DNA from: a candidate division WOR-3 bacterium
Lineage (GTDB): Bacteria > Hydrothermota > Tepidihabitantia > B36-G15
DNA length: 46,831 bases
NCBI GenBank assembly: GCA_003645615.1
Contig: QNBE01000001.1
Span: 1 to 46,831 of the forward strand
Direction: 5' to 3'
Positions 17,014 through 25,111 of the stretch are shown piece after piece. Under the pieces are notes generated by a model. The model ran no database searches. It saw only the letters and a program-made list of their open reading frames with translations, and was not told the origin of the DNA. A program made the translations under genes and the position numbers. Positions within the stretch are counted from its first letter, which is position 1. The number at the start of each line of letters is the position of its first letter.

Positions 17014-18018
17014 ATGAAACCATTAGCGGTCCTTCTAACATTTTCCGTCCTCCAGGCGGGCACCCTCTCCATTGCTGCGGTTGGGGATATCATGATGGGT
17101 TCCGACTATCCCACCCCTCGACTCCCACCTGAGGATGGGCGACTGCTCTTCTCTGATGCCAAGGATATTTTGGTCAGGGCGGATATTGCCTTCGGCAATC
17201 TGGAGGGGGTGATCTGCAAGGGTGGGGAATGTGCCAAAGATCTCAACAGTGGCTACTATTTTGCCTTCCGGATCCCACCTCGAATGGCGGGGAATCTAAA
17301 GGAGGCCGGTTTTGACCTCCTCAATCTTGCCAACAACCACAGCCATGACTTTGGGGAAGAGGGTCTACGGCAGACGAAGCGGATCTTGGACTCTTTGGGG
17401 ATTGACTACATCGATGATGGGGTTGCTGTGCTCACGGTTGACAGTATCGAAGTCGCCTTCATCGGATTCTATTATGGTCGATGTAAAAACTCCCTCCTCG
17501 AGATCGAACCAGCGGTGGCAAAGGTGGAGAGTCTGGATCGACTCTACGACCTCGTTGTCGTCTCCTTCCACGGTGGAAAGGAGGGGAATAAGGCAATCCA
17601 TCTACCCCGTGGGGTTGAATATTACTATGGTGAGAATCGGGGTGACTTGAGGCGATTCGCCCATGCCGTGATTGATGGCGGGGCGGATCTGGTGATCGGC
17701 CACGGACCCCATGTCCCGAGAGGAATGGAACTTTATAAAGGTAGACTAATCGCCTACAGTCTGGGAAACTTCTGCACCTATCGCGGTATAAATATCAAAG
17801 GCTATTGTGGCTATGCCCCCCTCTTATGGGTGGAACTTGATGAGGAGGGGAGGTTTCTCATGGGACGGATTTATTCCTTTCGACAGTATGGGGGAGGGCC
17901 AAAATGGGATGGGACCGGAGAGGTCTTCTCACTGATACGAAACCTTTCCGCTACCGACTTCTCTATACCAACACTCGAGTTCGGGTCCGATGGCACGTTT
18001 TATCCGATCAATCCTTGA
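17014..18018 (+). CDS. CapA-family protein (PGA_cap metallophosphatase-like, poly-gamma-glutamate capsule synthesis family)
   Basis: Signal peptide, then AAVGDIMMG ... FGNLEG ... NLANNHSHDFGEEG ... GHGPHV, which is typical of the CapA/PGA_cap family. Confidence 0.8.
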   Translation: MKPLAVLLTFSVLQAGTLSIAAVGDIMMGSDYPTPRLPPEDGRLLFSDAKDILVRADIAFGNLEGVICKGGECAKDLNSGYYFAFRIPPRMAGNLKEAGFDLLNLANNHSHDFGEEGLRQTKRILDSLGIDYIDDGVAVLTVDSIEVAFIGFYYGRCKNSLLEIEPAVAKVESLDRLYDLVVVSFHGGKEGNKAIHLPRGVEYYYGENRGDLRRFAHAVIDGGADLVIGHGPHVPRGMELYKGRLIAYSLGNFCTYRGINIKGYCGYAPLLWVELDEEGRFLMGRIYSFRQYGGGPKWDGTGEVFSLIRNLSATDFSIPTLEFGSDGTFYPINP

Positions 18019-18042
18019 CCCGAATCGGAAACCTGTTATGAT
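18015..18042 (+). promoter_or_regulatory. Sigma70-like promoter for the phzF-family gene
   Basis: TTGACC (18015-18020), 16-nt spacer, TATGAT (18037-18042), 6 nt, GTG at 18049. Confidence 0.45.
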
Positions 18043-18048
18043 TCTACT

Positions 18049-18966
18049 GTGAGGTGGCTCAAGGCGAAAAGGCTTTGCTCATTTACCGGTATCCCTTATG
18101 CGGGCAACCCGGCCTGGGTAATTCTGGGGGCGGAAGGGCTTTCGGATGAGATGATGAAGAAACTGGCTGGAGAACTCAACCCGCTCTCCGATGCAGCCTT
18201 TGTTATGCCGGATGAGACCGATGAGGCCGACATCCGGATCCGCTTCTTCACCTCCGGTGGTGAGGTCCTCACCTCGGGACATGCCACGGTTGCCGCCTAT
18301 TTCGCCTTGGAAGGCGAGGGGCTGATCGAGTTTAAGGAGCCCGAATGTGAGATCAGGCAACGCTCAAAAGGGGGGATCCAGTTCGTCGAACTCAGGGTTG
18401 AGAACGGAAAGGTGAAAAGGGTGACGATGAAGCTACCCCTGCCCCGCTATATCGATATCGACTATTCCCCCCAGCTCCTGGCCCGGATGCTCGGCCTCTC
18501 ACCAGCCGAGATCTCGGCAACCGGGATCAAACCAGAGGCGGTATCAACCGGGATGTATGATCTGGTTGTTCCGGTCCCCTCCATGAATCATCTCATCGAT
18601 CTCAAACCGGACTTTGACCTCATGTCCCGCTTCTGCACCAGGGTTGGCATCACCGGGATCCAGGTCTTCACGCTCGAGACCAATGAAGACAGCACCGCCT
18701 CGGTTCGCCACTTTGCCCCCGCGGTCGGGGTGAATGAGGATCCGGTCTCCGGTGCCGCCTGTGGTGCCTTAGGCTGTTATCTGATTAAACATGGAGTGGT
18801 GAAGCCGGAGGACTTCAACCGTCTCATCATCGAGCAGGGCTATGCCATCGGTCGTCCGGGTAAGGTCTATGTCCATATCAGGATGTATCGGGGCGGGATC
18901 TCAGAGGTCAAGGTCGGCGGTCAGGCGGTCACCACCTTCGTCGGCTCAATCCTGATCCCGGATTAG
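18049..18966 (+). CDS. PhzF-family isomerase (phenazine biosynthesis-like protein family)
   Basis: N-terminal FTGIPYAGNPAWVI, a two-domain DAP-epimerase-like length (305 aa), and C-terminal EDPVSGAACGALGCYL. Confidence 0.8.
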   Translation: MRWLKAKRLCSFTGIPYAGNPAWVILGAEGLSDEMMKKLAGELNPLSDAAFVMPDETDEADIRIRFFTSGGEVLTSGHATVAAYFALEGEGLIEFKEPECEIRQRSKGGIQFVELRVENGKVKRVTMKLPLPRYIDIDYSPQLLARMLGLSPAEISATGIKPEAVSTGMYDLVVPVPSMNHLIDLKPDFDLMSRFCTRVGITGIQVFTLETNEDSTASVRHFAPAVGVNEDPVSGAACGALGCYLIKHGVVKPEDFNRLIIEQGYAIGRPGKVYVHIRMYRGGISEVKVGGQAVTTFVGSILIPD

Positions 18967-18976
18967 TCTTGCTTAA

Positions 18977-19004
18977 TGATATTTGGTCAATTGACCAAAT
19001 ATCA
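18977..19004. promoter_or_regulatory. Perfect 28-bp palindrome, candidate operator of the adjacent ArsR-family gene
   Basis: TGATATTTGGTCAA|TTGACCAAATATCA forms 14+14 perfect inverted repeats. The right half-site contains the -35 box TTGACC (18991-18996). Confidence 0.6.
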
Positions 19005-19018
19005 AAATTAGATATAAT
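18991..19018 (+). promoter_or_regulatory. Sigma70-like promoter for the arsR-like gene
   Basis: TTGACC (18991-18996), 16-nt spacer, TATAAT (19013-19018), 5 nt, ATG at 19024. Confidence 0.55.
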
Positions 19019-19023
19019 CTAGT

Positions 19024-19315
19024 ATGGCTCGGAGAAAAATTCCTGAGGATTTTCCGGATATTAGGAAATCCGACCGCCTATGAGATAATCCATCTTCTGG
19101 CCCGAAAATCGAGGAGTGTTGAGGAACTCGCCGATCTGCTCGGTCTCCATATTTCGACCGTATCCCATGTAATGAGAAACCTAAGAAATCTTGATATCGT
19201 CCGTTATGTCGTGAAATTTCAGGAGCGCAAATATTGGATCAAGGAGCGGAGGATCCTAAGACTTTTGGCTGAAGCCGAAGCGATTGTCCGGAAATTCAGA
19301 ACGGCTGATTACTAA
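19024..19315 (+). pseudogene. ArsR/SmtB-family winged-helix regulator with an apparent frameshift in an A5 run (19035-19039); a real pseudogene or a homopolymer sequencing error
   Basis: From the ATG at 19024 the frame stops after 19 codons (TGA at 19081). The +1 frame encodes ...FLRIFRILGNPTAYEIIHLLARKSRSVEELADLLGLHISTVSHVMRNLRNLDIVRYV...* ending at 19315. Removing one A gives MARRKFLRIFRILGNP..., a typical ArsR N-terminus. This gene is absent from the ORF track. Confidence 0.65.
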
Positions 19316-19337
19316 TATAATCATCACCGACCAAGGC

Positions 19338-20396
19338 TCAGCTGCTGAGACGCTGCAGCACCTGGTAGAGCCGGTCCTTCTCATTCGAATTGATCCGTGC
19401 CTTATGGATGATCTCCGCCAGAAATCTTATCGACTGGTCGTAGATCCCTCTCTCAACCGGAAATGGATGGCCATCCTTACCGCCATGGGCAAAGCTAAAG
19501 GTGACCGGGTCGGTATAGCTCAACCTACTCCCACAGATGAGGTTGGCCAGAAGGGCAAAGGCCCGGAGCGACTTCGGTCCCAGACCTCGGGTCAGTAGGA
19601 GGGTTTCAAAGTCGGCCGGATTGTGTTCCCGAATCCTGATGATCACCTTTCTCAGATACCTCCGATTGATGGCAAAGTTGCCGACCGGATGGTGGGAAGG
19701 GAACCGGAGATGGCGAATCTCCTTTAATAACCGTTCCGGTCTCTCTCTGGTAATGGTAACGATATCCCTTCTCGTTCCTTCAATCCGCCCGTCGACCAGA
19801 TTTAAAACCCCGGATTCCTTTCTCCCCACGATCCCCTGATGCGGATCAGAGGTGAAGCTCTTTATCCTGGATCGCCAGTGATAACGGCGGGCATAGTGGT
19901 CGTAAGGGTTCATCCCCTGCTGGATCACCGCCCAGTTTCCATCTTTAGAAAAGATGAAGATATGGTGGTATAATTGATAACCATCCTGGAGCGCGGTATT
20001 GTCAACCTTGGCCGAGAGCCGGCTGGCGCGGATGAGGGGCTCGGGGGTGATGCCGATCCTTTCGGCAAAATTCCCGATCTCTTCCGGCGTCTTCCTCGAT
20101 GTTGCCCCCTTCCCACCACAGACCCAGATACCATAGTGGTGACCGATCGGATTGATCGCCAGCTTCAGGGCACCGCCGGTCGTTGTGGTGAGACCGGATG
20201 AGTGCCAGTCGAAGCCGAGGACGCAGCCGAGGGCCTGAAACCAGATCGGATCTGCGAGCCGGTCCAGGAACTCCTCCGGTCCATAGAATTCGACGACCGA
20301 CGCGAAGATCTCCCGCGAGAGTTTCGCCATCCGCTCGAAGAGCCATCTCGGGGCCCGGCCCGAATGGAGCGGTAGATCGCAGATCCCGGTCCGCAT
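19338..20396 (-). CDS. DUF763-like protein
   Basis: The N-terminus MRTGICDLPLHSGRAPRWLFERMAKLSREI resembles the DUF763 family as I remember it. This was not verified by search. Confidence 0.55.
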   Translation of the reverse strand: MRTGICDLPLHSGRAPRWLFERMAKLSREIFASVVEFYGPEEFLDRLADPIWFQALGCVLGFDWHSSGLTTTTGGALKLAINPIGHHYGIWVCGGKGATSRKTPEEIGNFAERIGITPEPLIRASRLSAKVDNTALQDGYQLYHHIFIFSKDGNWAVIQQGMNPYDHYARRYHWRSRIKSFTSDPHQGIVGRKESGVLNLVDGRIEGTRRDIVTITRERPERLLKEIRHLRFPSHHPVGNFAINRRYLRKVIIRIREHNPADFETLLLTRGLGPKSLRAFALLANLICGSRLSYTDPVTFSFAHGGKDGHPFPVERGIYDQSIRFLAEIIHKARINSNEKDRLYQVLQRLSS

Positions 20397-20398
20397 AA

Positions 20399-22777
20399 CT
20401 ACGATCTCAGCCAGACTACCTTAATGATCCGGGTATCCCCACCCGCCTCCAATCGGAGGAAGTAGGTTCCGGTGGGGAGTGTAGCCGGTGGGGTCCACTC
20501 CAGTTGATGGATACCAGCACCCTGATTTCGATTCCAGATCGTTCCGAGACACTGTCCGATCGGGTTGAAGATCTTGATCGATACTGAGGCGGGACGGTCT
20601 AAGGCGTATCGGATCGAGAGGGCATGAGCAGCAGGGGTAGGTCTGACCTCAAGATGGCGAATCGGGGAGTGGAAACCGATGCTGGTCTGGGCCATCTTAT
20701 CCCGGATTACCGAGATGGTGGAGCTTCGATAATCGGCGACATAGGTTCGATTATAGATTGGGTTGTGGGTTAAGGCCAGAGGCCATTCTCCGACCCTGAT
20801 GGTGGTGATGATGGTGTCTCCATCGCCATCGATGATACTGACATTACCATCAGACTTGTTGGCACAGTAGACCTTGTTGTTGATCGGGTCCCAGCTCAGG
20901 GCCGATGGCCCTAATCCGGTCGGGATGGTGGTAAGGATACTATCACCATCGCCATCGATGACGGTGACATTATTACTCCCGCTATTGGCGCAGTAGATCT
21001 TGTTATTATATTCATTCCAGATCAGGGCGGTGGGGTAGAACCCGGTGGGGATCGTGGCCAGGACGGTGTCTTCGCTGCAGTCGATTATGGTGACGCTGTT
21101 ACCCCCCCAATTGGCACAGTAGATCTTATTATTAGTTGCGGTCCAGATCAGAGCGCAGGGAAAAGCTCCCACCTCCACCACCGTAATAATGCTATCACCA
21201 ACCCCATCGATCACCGTCACGTATCTTCCCTGGGTCGTGCAGTAGATCTTATTATCGGTTGAGTTCCAGGTCAGATCTGAGGGCATATAGCCGACCCCGA
21301 TCGTGGTGATGACCGTATCCTCGGCACCGTCGATTACCGTGACACTGTTCCCATCGTAGTTGGCCGAATAGATCTTATTGCTGGTCCGGCTGAGACCGAG
21401 ACCGGTGGGACCGGCTCCGACCGGGATGGTGGCAAGGATATTATTTGAAAGACCATCGATGACCGTAATATTATTGCTCAGATGGTTGGCGCAGTAGATC
21501 CGGTTGGTGAGCGGATTCCACAAGAGGGCGACCGGCTGGTTTCCCACGCCGACATTGGTGATGATGGTATTGGCCGAACCATCGATGATTGTCACATTGT
21601 CGGTGGCACGATTGGCGCAGTATACCTTACCGGCTTCGCCATTCCAGGTGAGTTCGTTGGGCTGACTTCCAACCGGGATAGTGGTGATGACATTGTTCGA
21701 TGCCCCACCGATGACGGTAATATCATCGCTTGCAGTATTGGAGGTGTAGATCTTGTTATTGGTCGAATTCCATATCAGGGCCATGGGACCGTCACCCACC
21801 CTTACCGTGGTGATGACGCTATCACCCCTTCCATCGATGATGGTGATATCGTTGGTCTGTGAGTTGGCGCAGTAGATCTTATCATTGGCAGGATTAAAAG
21901 CAAGCTGATAGGGCCTTCCCCCGACCTTCAGTGTGGTGATGACCGCATTGGTGGCACCATCGATTACCGTGACACTGCCATCATATTGATTGAGGCAGTA
22001 GAGCTTATTATCAATGCTATTCCAGAGCAGGGCATAAGGTTCACTACCGACCCCGATTATGGTGATAGTAGTATCCCCTTCACCGTCGATCACAGTGACG
22101 GTATTGCTGCCATTATTGGCACAATAGACCCGGCTACCGGTTGTATTAACGGTCAGGGCGCAGGGCCTACTCCCAACCGCAATAGTAGTAATGGTGGTAT
22201 CGGCGGAGCCATCGATTACGGTAATATTGTCACTTCCCCGATTAGCACAGTAGATCTTGTTACTTATCTGGCTCCAGGTCAGGGCCCAGGGATTGGTTCC
22301 AACCGCAATGGTGGTGATGACGGTATCGCCATCCCCATCGATAACCGAAATCGTGTTACTACTCCGATTGGCGCAATAGATCTTATTATTAGTGGCATTC
22401 CTGACCAGACAGAAGGGTTCCAAACCGGTTGGGATGGTGGCGATTACGGTATCACCTTCACCATCGATGACGGTAACAGTATTATCATTGAGATTGGCGG
22501 CATAGATCTTATTTCCATCTCTGTTCCAGATCAGACTCCAGATATCACGCCCGGCCCGGACCTTGGCAATCTTCTGATCGGTTGCGCCATCGATAACAAT
22601 CACCTGTCGGCCGTAGAAGGCTCCAACATAAACCTTGTTATTCGTCTCATTATAGGCGAAGGAACGGGGAAATGAGATGCCATAGAGGGAGTCGGGGACG
22701 GGGATCGTCGTCTCAAGCCACTGACCAGATAATGGGATAATTAATAGCAGTATGCTCATAGATCGTGACGATAACAT
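20399..22777 (-). CDS. Large secreted YVTN beta-propeller repeat protein (~16 blades) with a T9SS C-terminal sorting domain
   Basis: The ATG at 22777 follows GGAGGAG, and the signal peptide is MLSSRSMSILLLIIPLSGQW. Roughly 42-aa repeats follow (NKIYCAN..SN.ITVIDG..DTVITTI.VG..P.AL.WN). The CTD ends ...GTYFLRLEAGGDTRIIKVVWLRS. Confidence 0.8.
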   Translation of the reverse strand: MLSSRSMSILLLIIPLSGQWLETTIPVPDSLYGISFPRSFAYNETNNKVYVGAFYGRQVIVIDGATDQKIAKVRAGRDIWSLIWNRDGNKIYAANLNDNTVTVIDGEGDTVIATIPTGLEPFCLVRNATNNKIYCANRSSNTISVIDGDGDTVITTIAVGTNPWALTWSQISNKIYCANRGSDNITVIDGSADTTITTIAVGSRPCALTVNTTGSRVYCANNGSNTVTVIDGEGDTTITIIGVGSEPYALLWNSIDNKLYCLNQYDGSVTVIDGATNAVITTLKVGGRPYQLAFNPANDKIYCANSQTNDITIIDGRGDSVITTVRVGDGPMALIWNSTNNKIYTSNTASDDITVIGGASNNVITTIPVGSQPNELTWNGEAGKVYCANRATDNVTIIDGSANTIITNVGVGNQPVALLWNPLTNRIYCANHLSNNITVIDGLSNNILATIPVGAGPTGLGLSRTSNKIYSANYDGNSVTVIDGAEDTVITTIGVGYMPSDLTWNSTDNKIYCTTQGRYVTVIDGVGDSIITVVEVGAFPCALIWTATNNKIYCANWGGNSVTIIDCSEDTVLATIPTGFYPTALIWNEYNNKIYCANSGSNNVTVIDGDGDSILTTIPTGLGPSALSWDPINNKVYCANKSDGNVSIIDGDGDTIITTIRVGEWPLALTHNPIYNRTYVADYRSSTISVIRDKMAQTSIGFHSPIRHLEVRPTPAAHALSIRYALDRPASVSIKIFNPIGQCLGTIWNRNQGAGIHQLEWTPPATLPTGTYFLRLEAGGDTRIIKVVWLRS

Positions 22778-22797
22778 ATCTCCTCCTTCCACCTGAA

Positions 22798-22826
22798 ATG
22801 ATTACCGATTACCACAGATTTGTCAA
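22798..22826 (-). promoter_or_regulatory. Sigma70-like promoter for the 20399-22777 YVTN gene
   Basis: On the minus strand: TTGACA (22826-22821), 17-nt spacer, AATCAT (22803-22798). A leader containing GGAAGGAGGAG follows. Confidence 0.4.
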
Positions 22827-22838
22827 TAGTGAGTCTGC

Positions 22839-22866
22839 TTGACGCCACCATTTCCGGGGATAAGAT
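22839..22866 (+). promoter_or_regulatory. Sigma70-like promoter for mscS-like gene
   Basis: TTGACG (22839-22844), 16-nt spacer, TAAGAT (22861-22866), 5 nt, ATG at 22872. The ORF-track TTG start is the -35 box. Confidence 0.5.
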
Positions 22867-22871
22867 TAGAT

Positions 22872-23690
22872 ATGGTCATAGGCAAGATTATCTGGACCCT
22901 TATTGCAGCCGGTGTGATCTATACGGCAGTCTTCATCCTGAACCGGAGCTACATCGCCAGAATCAAAGATCTGATCCAGCGCCATCAACTTCGCAAGCTG
23001 AGCTATTACATCGCCAATGGAATCCTTCTGATCCTGATTGCGGTGATCTGGGTGAAGCGGCTCTCCACCATCGTAACCTTCCTCGGCATCATCGGCGCCG
23101 GTATCGCCATCGCTCTCTCTGAGATCATCCTCTCCTTGGTCGGATGGTTCTTTATCGTCTTCCGGAGACCGTTCGTGATCGGGGATCGGATTGAGGTGGA
23201 GGGGATCAAAGGTGATGTCATCGATATCAGAATTTTCCAGTTTTCGATTCTGGAGGTGGGTGAGTATCAGTCGACCGGAAAGATCATCCATATCCCCAAC
23301 TCCTATATCTTCCGCAAACACTTTACCAATCAGACGATGGGATTTGAATATATCTGGGATGAGTTTTCCATCATTATCACCTTTGATAGTAACTGGGAGA
23401 AGGCAAGGTCGATTGTCAAAGAGATCATGAAAGGGGAGGATGAGAAGATCGAGAAGGTTCGCCATCAGATCGAGCGGGCAGCAAAGAAGTTTGCCATTCA
23501 TTATGAGAAACTCACCTCGATTGTCTATACCACAATTGAGGACTCCGGAATCAGGATTACCCTGAGATACTTGGTGGCACCGAGGGAAAGGCGCGGGGTC
23601 CGGGATCGGATCGCCACTGAGGTCCTGAGGGCGATCGACCGGGAGCCAGACATCACCTTAGCCTATCCCACTTACCGGATCGTCAAATGA
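22872..23690 (+). CDS. Mechanosensitive ion channel family protein (MscS-like)
   Basis: Three N-terminal TM helices are followed by the MscS beta-domain signature FRRPFVIGDRIEVEGIKGDVIDIRIFQFSILEV. Confidence 0.8.
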   Translation: MVIGKIIWTLIAAGVIYTAVFILNRSYIARIKDLIQRHQLRKLSYYIANGILLILIAVIWVKRLSTIVTFLGIIGAGIAIALSEIILSLVGWFFIVFRRPFVIGDRIEVEGIKGDVIDIRIFQFSILEVGEYQSTGKIIHIPNSYIFRKHFTNQTMGFEYIWDEFSIIITFDSNWEKARSIVKEIMKGEDEKIEKVRHQIERAAKKFAIHYEKLTSIVYTTIEDSGIRITLRYLVAPRERRGVRDRIATEVLRAIDREPDITLAYPTYRIVK

Positions 23691-24406
23691 GATATCTGGT
23701 TGGAACCTCGGGCTTCAGTTACGACCACTGGGAAGGGGTCTTCTATCCTTTGGGGATGAGAAAGAATAAGTGGCTCAGCTATTATGCTGACTTCTTCCCA
23801 ACCGTGGAATTGAATGTCACCTTCTATCGACTGCCAAAGAGGGAATCCTTTAAGAGATGGTTCAAGGATGTCCCGAAGGACTTTGTCTTTGCTGCAAAAG
23901 GGAGCCGTTATATCACCCACATCAAAAGGCTGAAGGATGTGGCCGATTCGATTAGAATCTTTAGGGATCAACTCTCAGGGCTCGGTAAAAAACTGGAGGT
24001 CATCCTCTGGCAATTCCCTCCTCAGATGAAGATCGATCTTGACCGGTTCCACCGTTTTGTGAGAGAGCTGCGTAAGGTCAGGAAACGGCATGCCTTTGAA
24101 TTTCGCCATGAGAGCTGGTTTACTGATGAGATCTATAAGATCCTCAGCGATCATAACTATGCCCTCTGTATTGCCGATTCCCCTGGATGGTCGAGTCCGG
24201 AGGTGGTTACCGCTGACTGGCTCTACATCAGGTTCCACGGTGGCCAGGAGCTCTATGCCTCGGAGTATAGCCAGAGGGAGCTGAAAGAATGGTCTCGAAA
24301 GATCACCAGATGGGGAAAGGAGGGCTATATCTATTTCAACAATGACTATCGGGGTTTTGCTGTCAAGAATGGCCTCTATCTTCTGGATCTTTTATCGTCC
24401 CTGTAG
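23687..24406 (+). CDS. DUF72 (YecE-like) family protein
   Basis: N-terminus YLVGTSGFSYDHWEGVFYP and C-terminal YIYFNND, both typical of DUF72. ATGA overlap with the mscS-like stop. Confidence 0.85.
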   Translation: MRYLVGTSGFSYDHWEGVFYPLGMRKNKWLSYYADFFPTVELNVTFYRLPKRESFKRWFKDVPKDFVFAAKGSRYITHIKRLKDVADSIRIFRDQLSGLGKKLEVILWQFPPQMKIDLDRFHRFVRELRKVRKRHAFEFRHESWFTDEIYKILSDHNYALCIADSPGWSSPEVVTADWLYIRFHGGQELYASEYSQRELKEWSRKITRWGKEGYIYFNNDYRGFAVKNGLYLLDLLSSL

Positions 24407-24486
24407 TAAAAATTTGTCGAAACTGCGCTATTGAAAAGCGACAAAAGGGGATATAATTTTAAAGTTGGCCAGGAATAGGGGGTAGT

Positions 24487-24957
24487 ATGGGCGGGAGAGG
24501 TATATTAGTTCTGCTGTCCCCTTGTTTTTTAGGATTGGCATTTGGACAGCCAGATACATTATGGACGAAGATTTTTGGTGGTGGTGATTGGGACAATGGC
24601 TATTCGGTTCAGCAGACCAGTGATGGGGGATATATCATTGCTGGAGGGACTTGGTCTTTTGGCGCTGGTGGTGATGTCTGGTTGATCAAGGTGGAATCCG
24701 ATATCGGTATTGAAGAGCCAGCAACAGTTCCCAAAGGAAAATATCTCCAAGTCTTTCCCAATCCATTCCGGGATCGGATAAAGATCGACGGAGCTGGAGA
24801 TGAAGTAACGGTTTATGATTCTGCTGGCAGAATGGTTGCAATAATAAGTAATGGCACCTGGGATGGAAAGGGTTTGGATGGCAAGAGGATCCAATCGGGG
24901 ATCTATTTCCTGCGGGCAAAAGGATATAAGATGGTGAAAGTGGTGAGATTAAAGTAA
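24487..24957 (+). CDS. Small secreted protein with a T9SS-type C-terminal sorting domain
   Basis: Signal peptide, one [13 protein letters not shown] repeat module, then the [32 protein letters not shown]...[19 protein letters not shown]. Confidence 0.65.
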   Translation: MGGRGILVLLSPCFLGLAFGQPDTLWTKIFGGGDWDNGYSVQQTSDGGYIIAGGTWSFGAGGDVWLIKVESDIGIEEPATVPKGKYLQVFPNPFRDRIKIDGAGDEVTVYDSAGRMVAIISNGTWDGKGLDGKRIQSGIYFLRAKGYKMVKVVRLK

Positions 24958-24995
24958 TGTTCACAGAACGATCTCTGAACGCTTACAACGATGTA

Positions 24996-25023
24996 TTGAC
25001 AATGTGGTGCAGGTGAGTAAATT
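24996..25023 (+). promoter_or_regulatory. Sigma70-like promoter for the 25112 YVTN gene (about 85-nt leader)
   Basis: TTGACA (24996-25001), 16-nt spacer, TAAATT (25018-25023). Confidence 0.4.
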
Positions 25024-25111
25024 TTTATCATAGTTCAAGGGTTTTCGGGAATTTCCCTGCTGCACGGGCACAGACCTTGTGAAAGAACCCGAGCGGGAAA
25101 GGAGGATAAAA

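Noticed and set aside
18977-19004. The 28-bp palindrome as the terminator of phzF
   Set aside because: The stem is AT-rich and is not followed by a T-tract. Its overlap with the -35 box of the arsR-like promoter fits an operator better, though a dual role is not excluded.
21986-22675. 229-aa plus-strand ORF (and 21482-21862) inside the 20399-22777 YVTN gene
   Set aside because: It is an antisense shadow ORF of a repeat-rich gene, with G/I/D-rich low-complexity sequence and no start signals.
22866-23501. 211-aa minus-strand ORF opposite the mscS-like gene; similar shadows occur at 772-1263, 1519-2049, 7702-8286, 9731-10258, 10958-11560 and 46241-46561
   Set aside because: Each overlaps a motif-supported gene on the other strand and shows no recognisable motif or SD.
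25047-25057. GGGAATTTCCC palindrome in the 5' leader of the 25112 gene, as a regulatory site
   Set aside because: It is short, occurs once, and is compatible with chance. No supporting repeat or partner element was seen.
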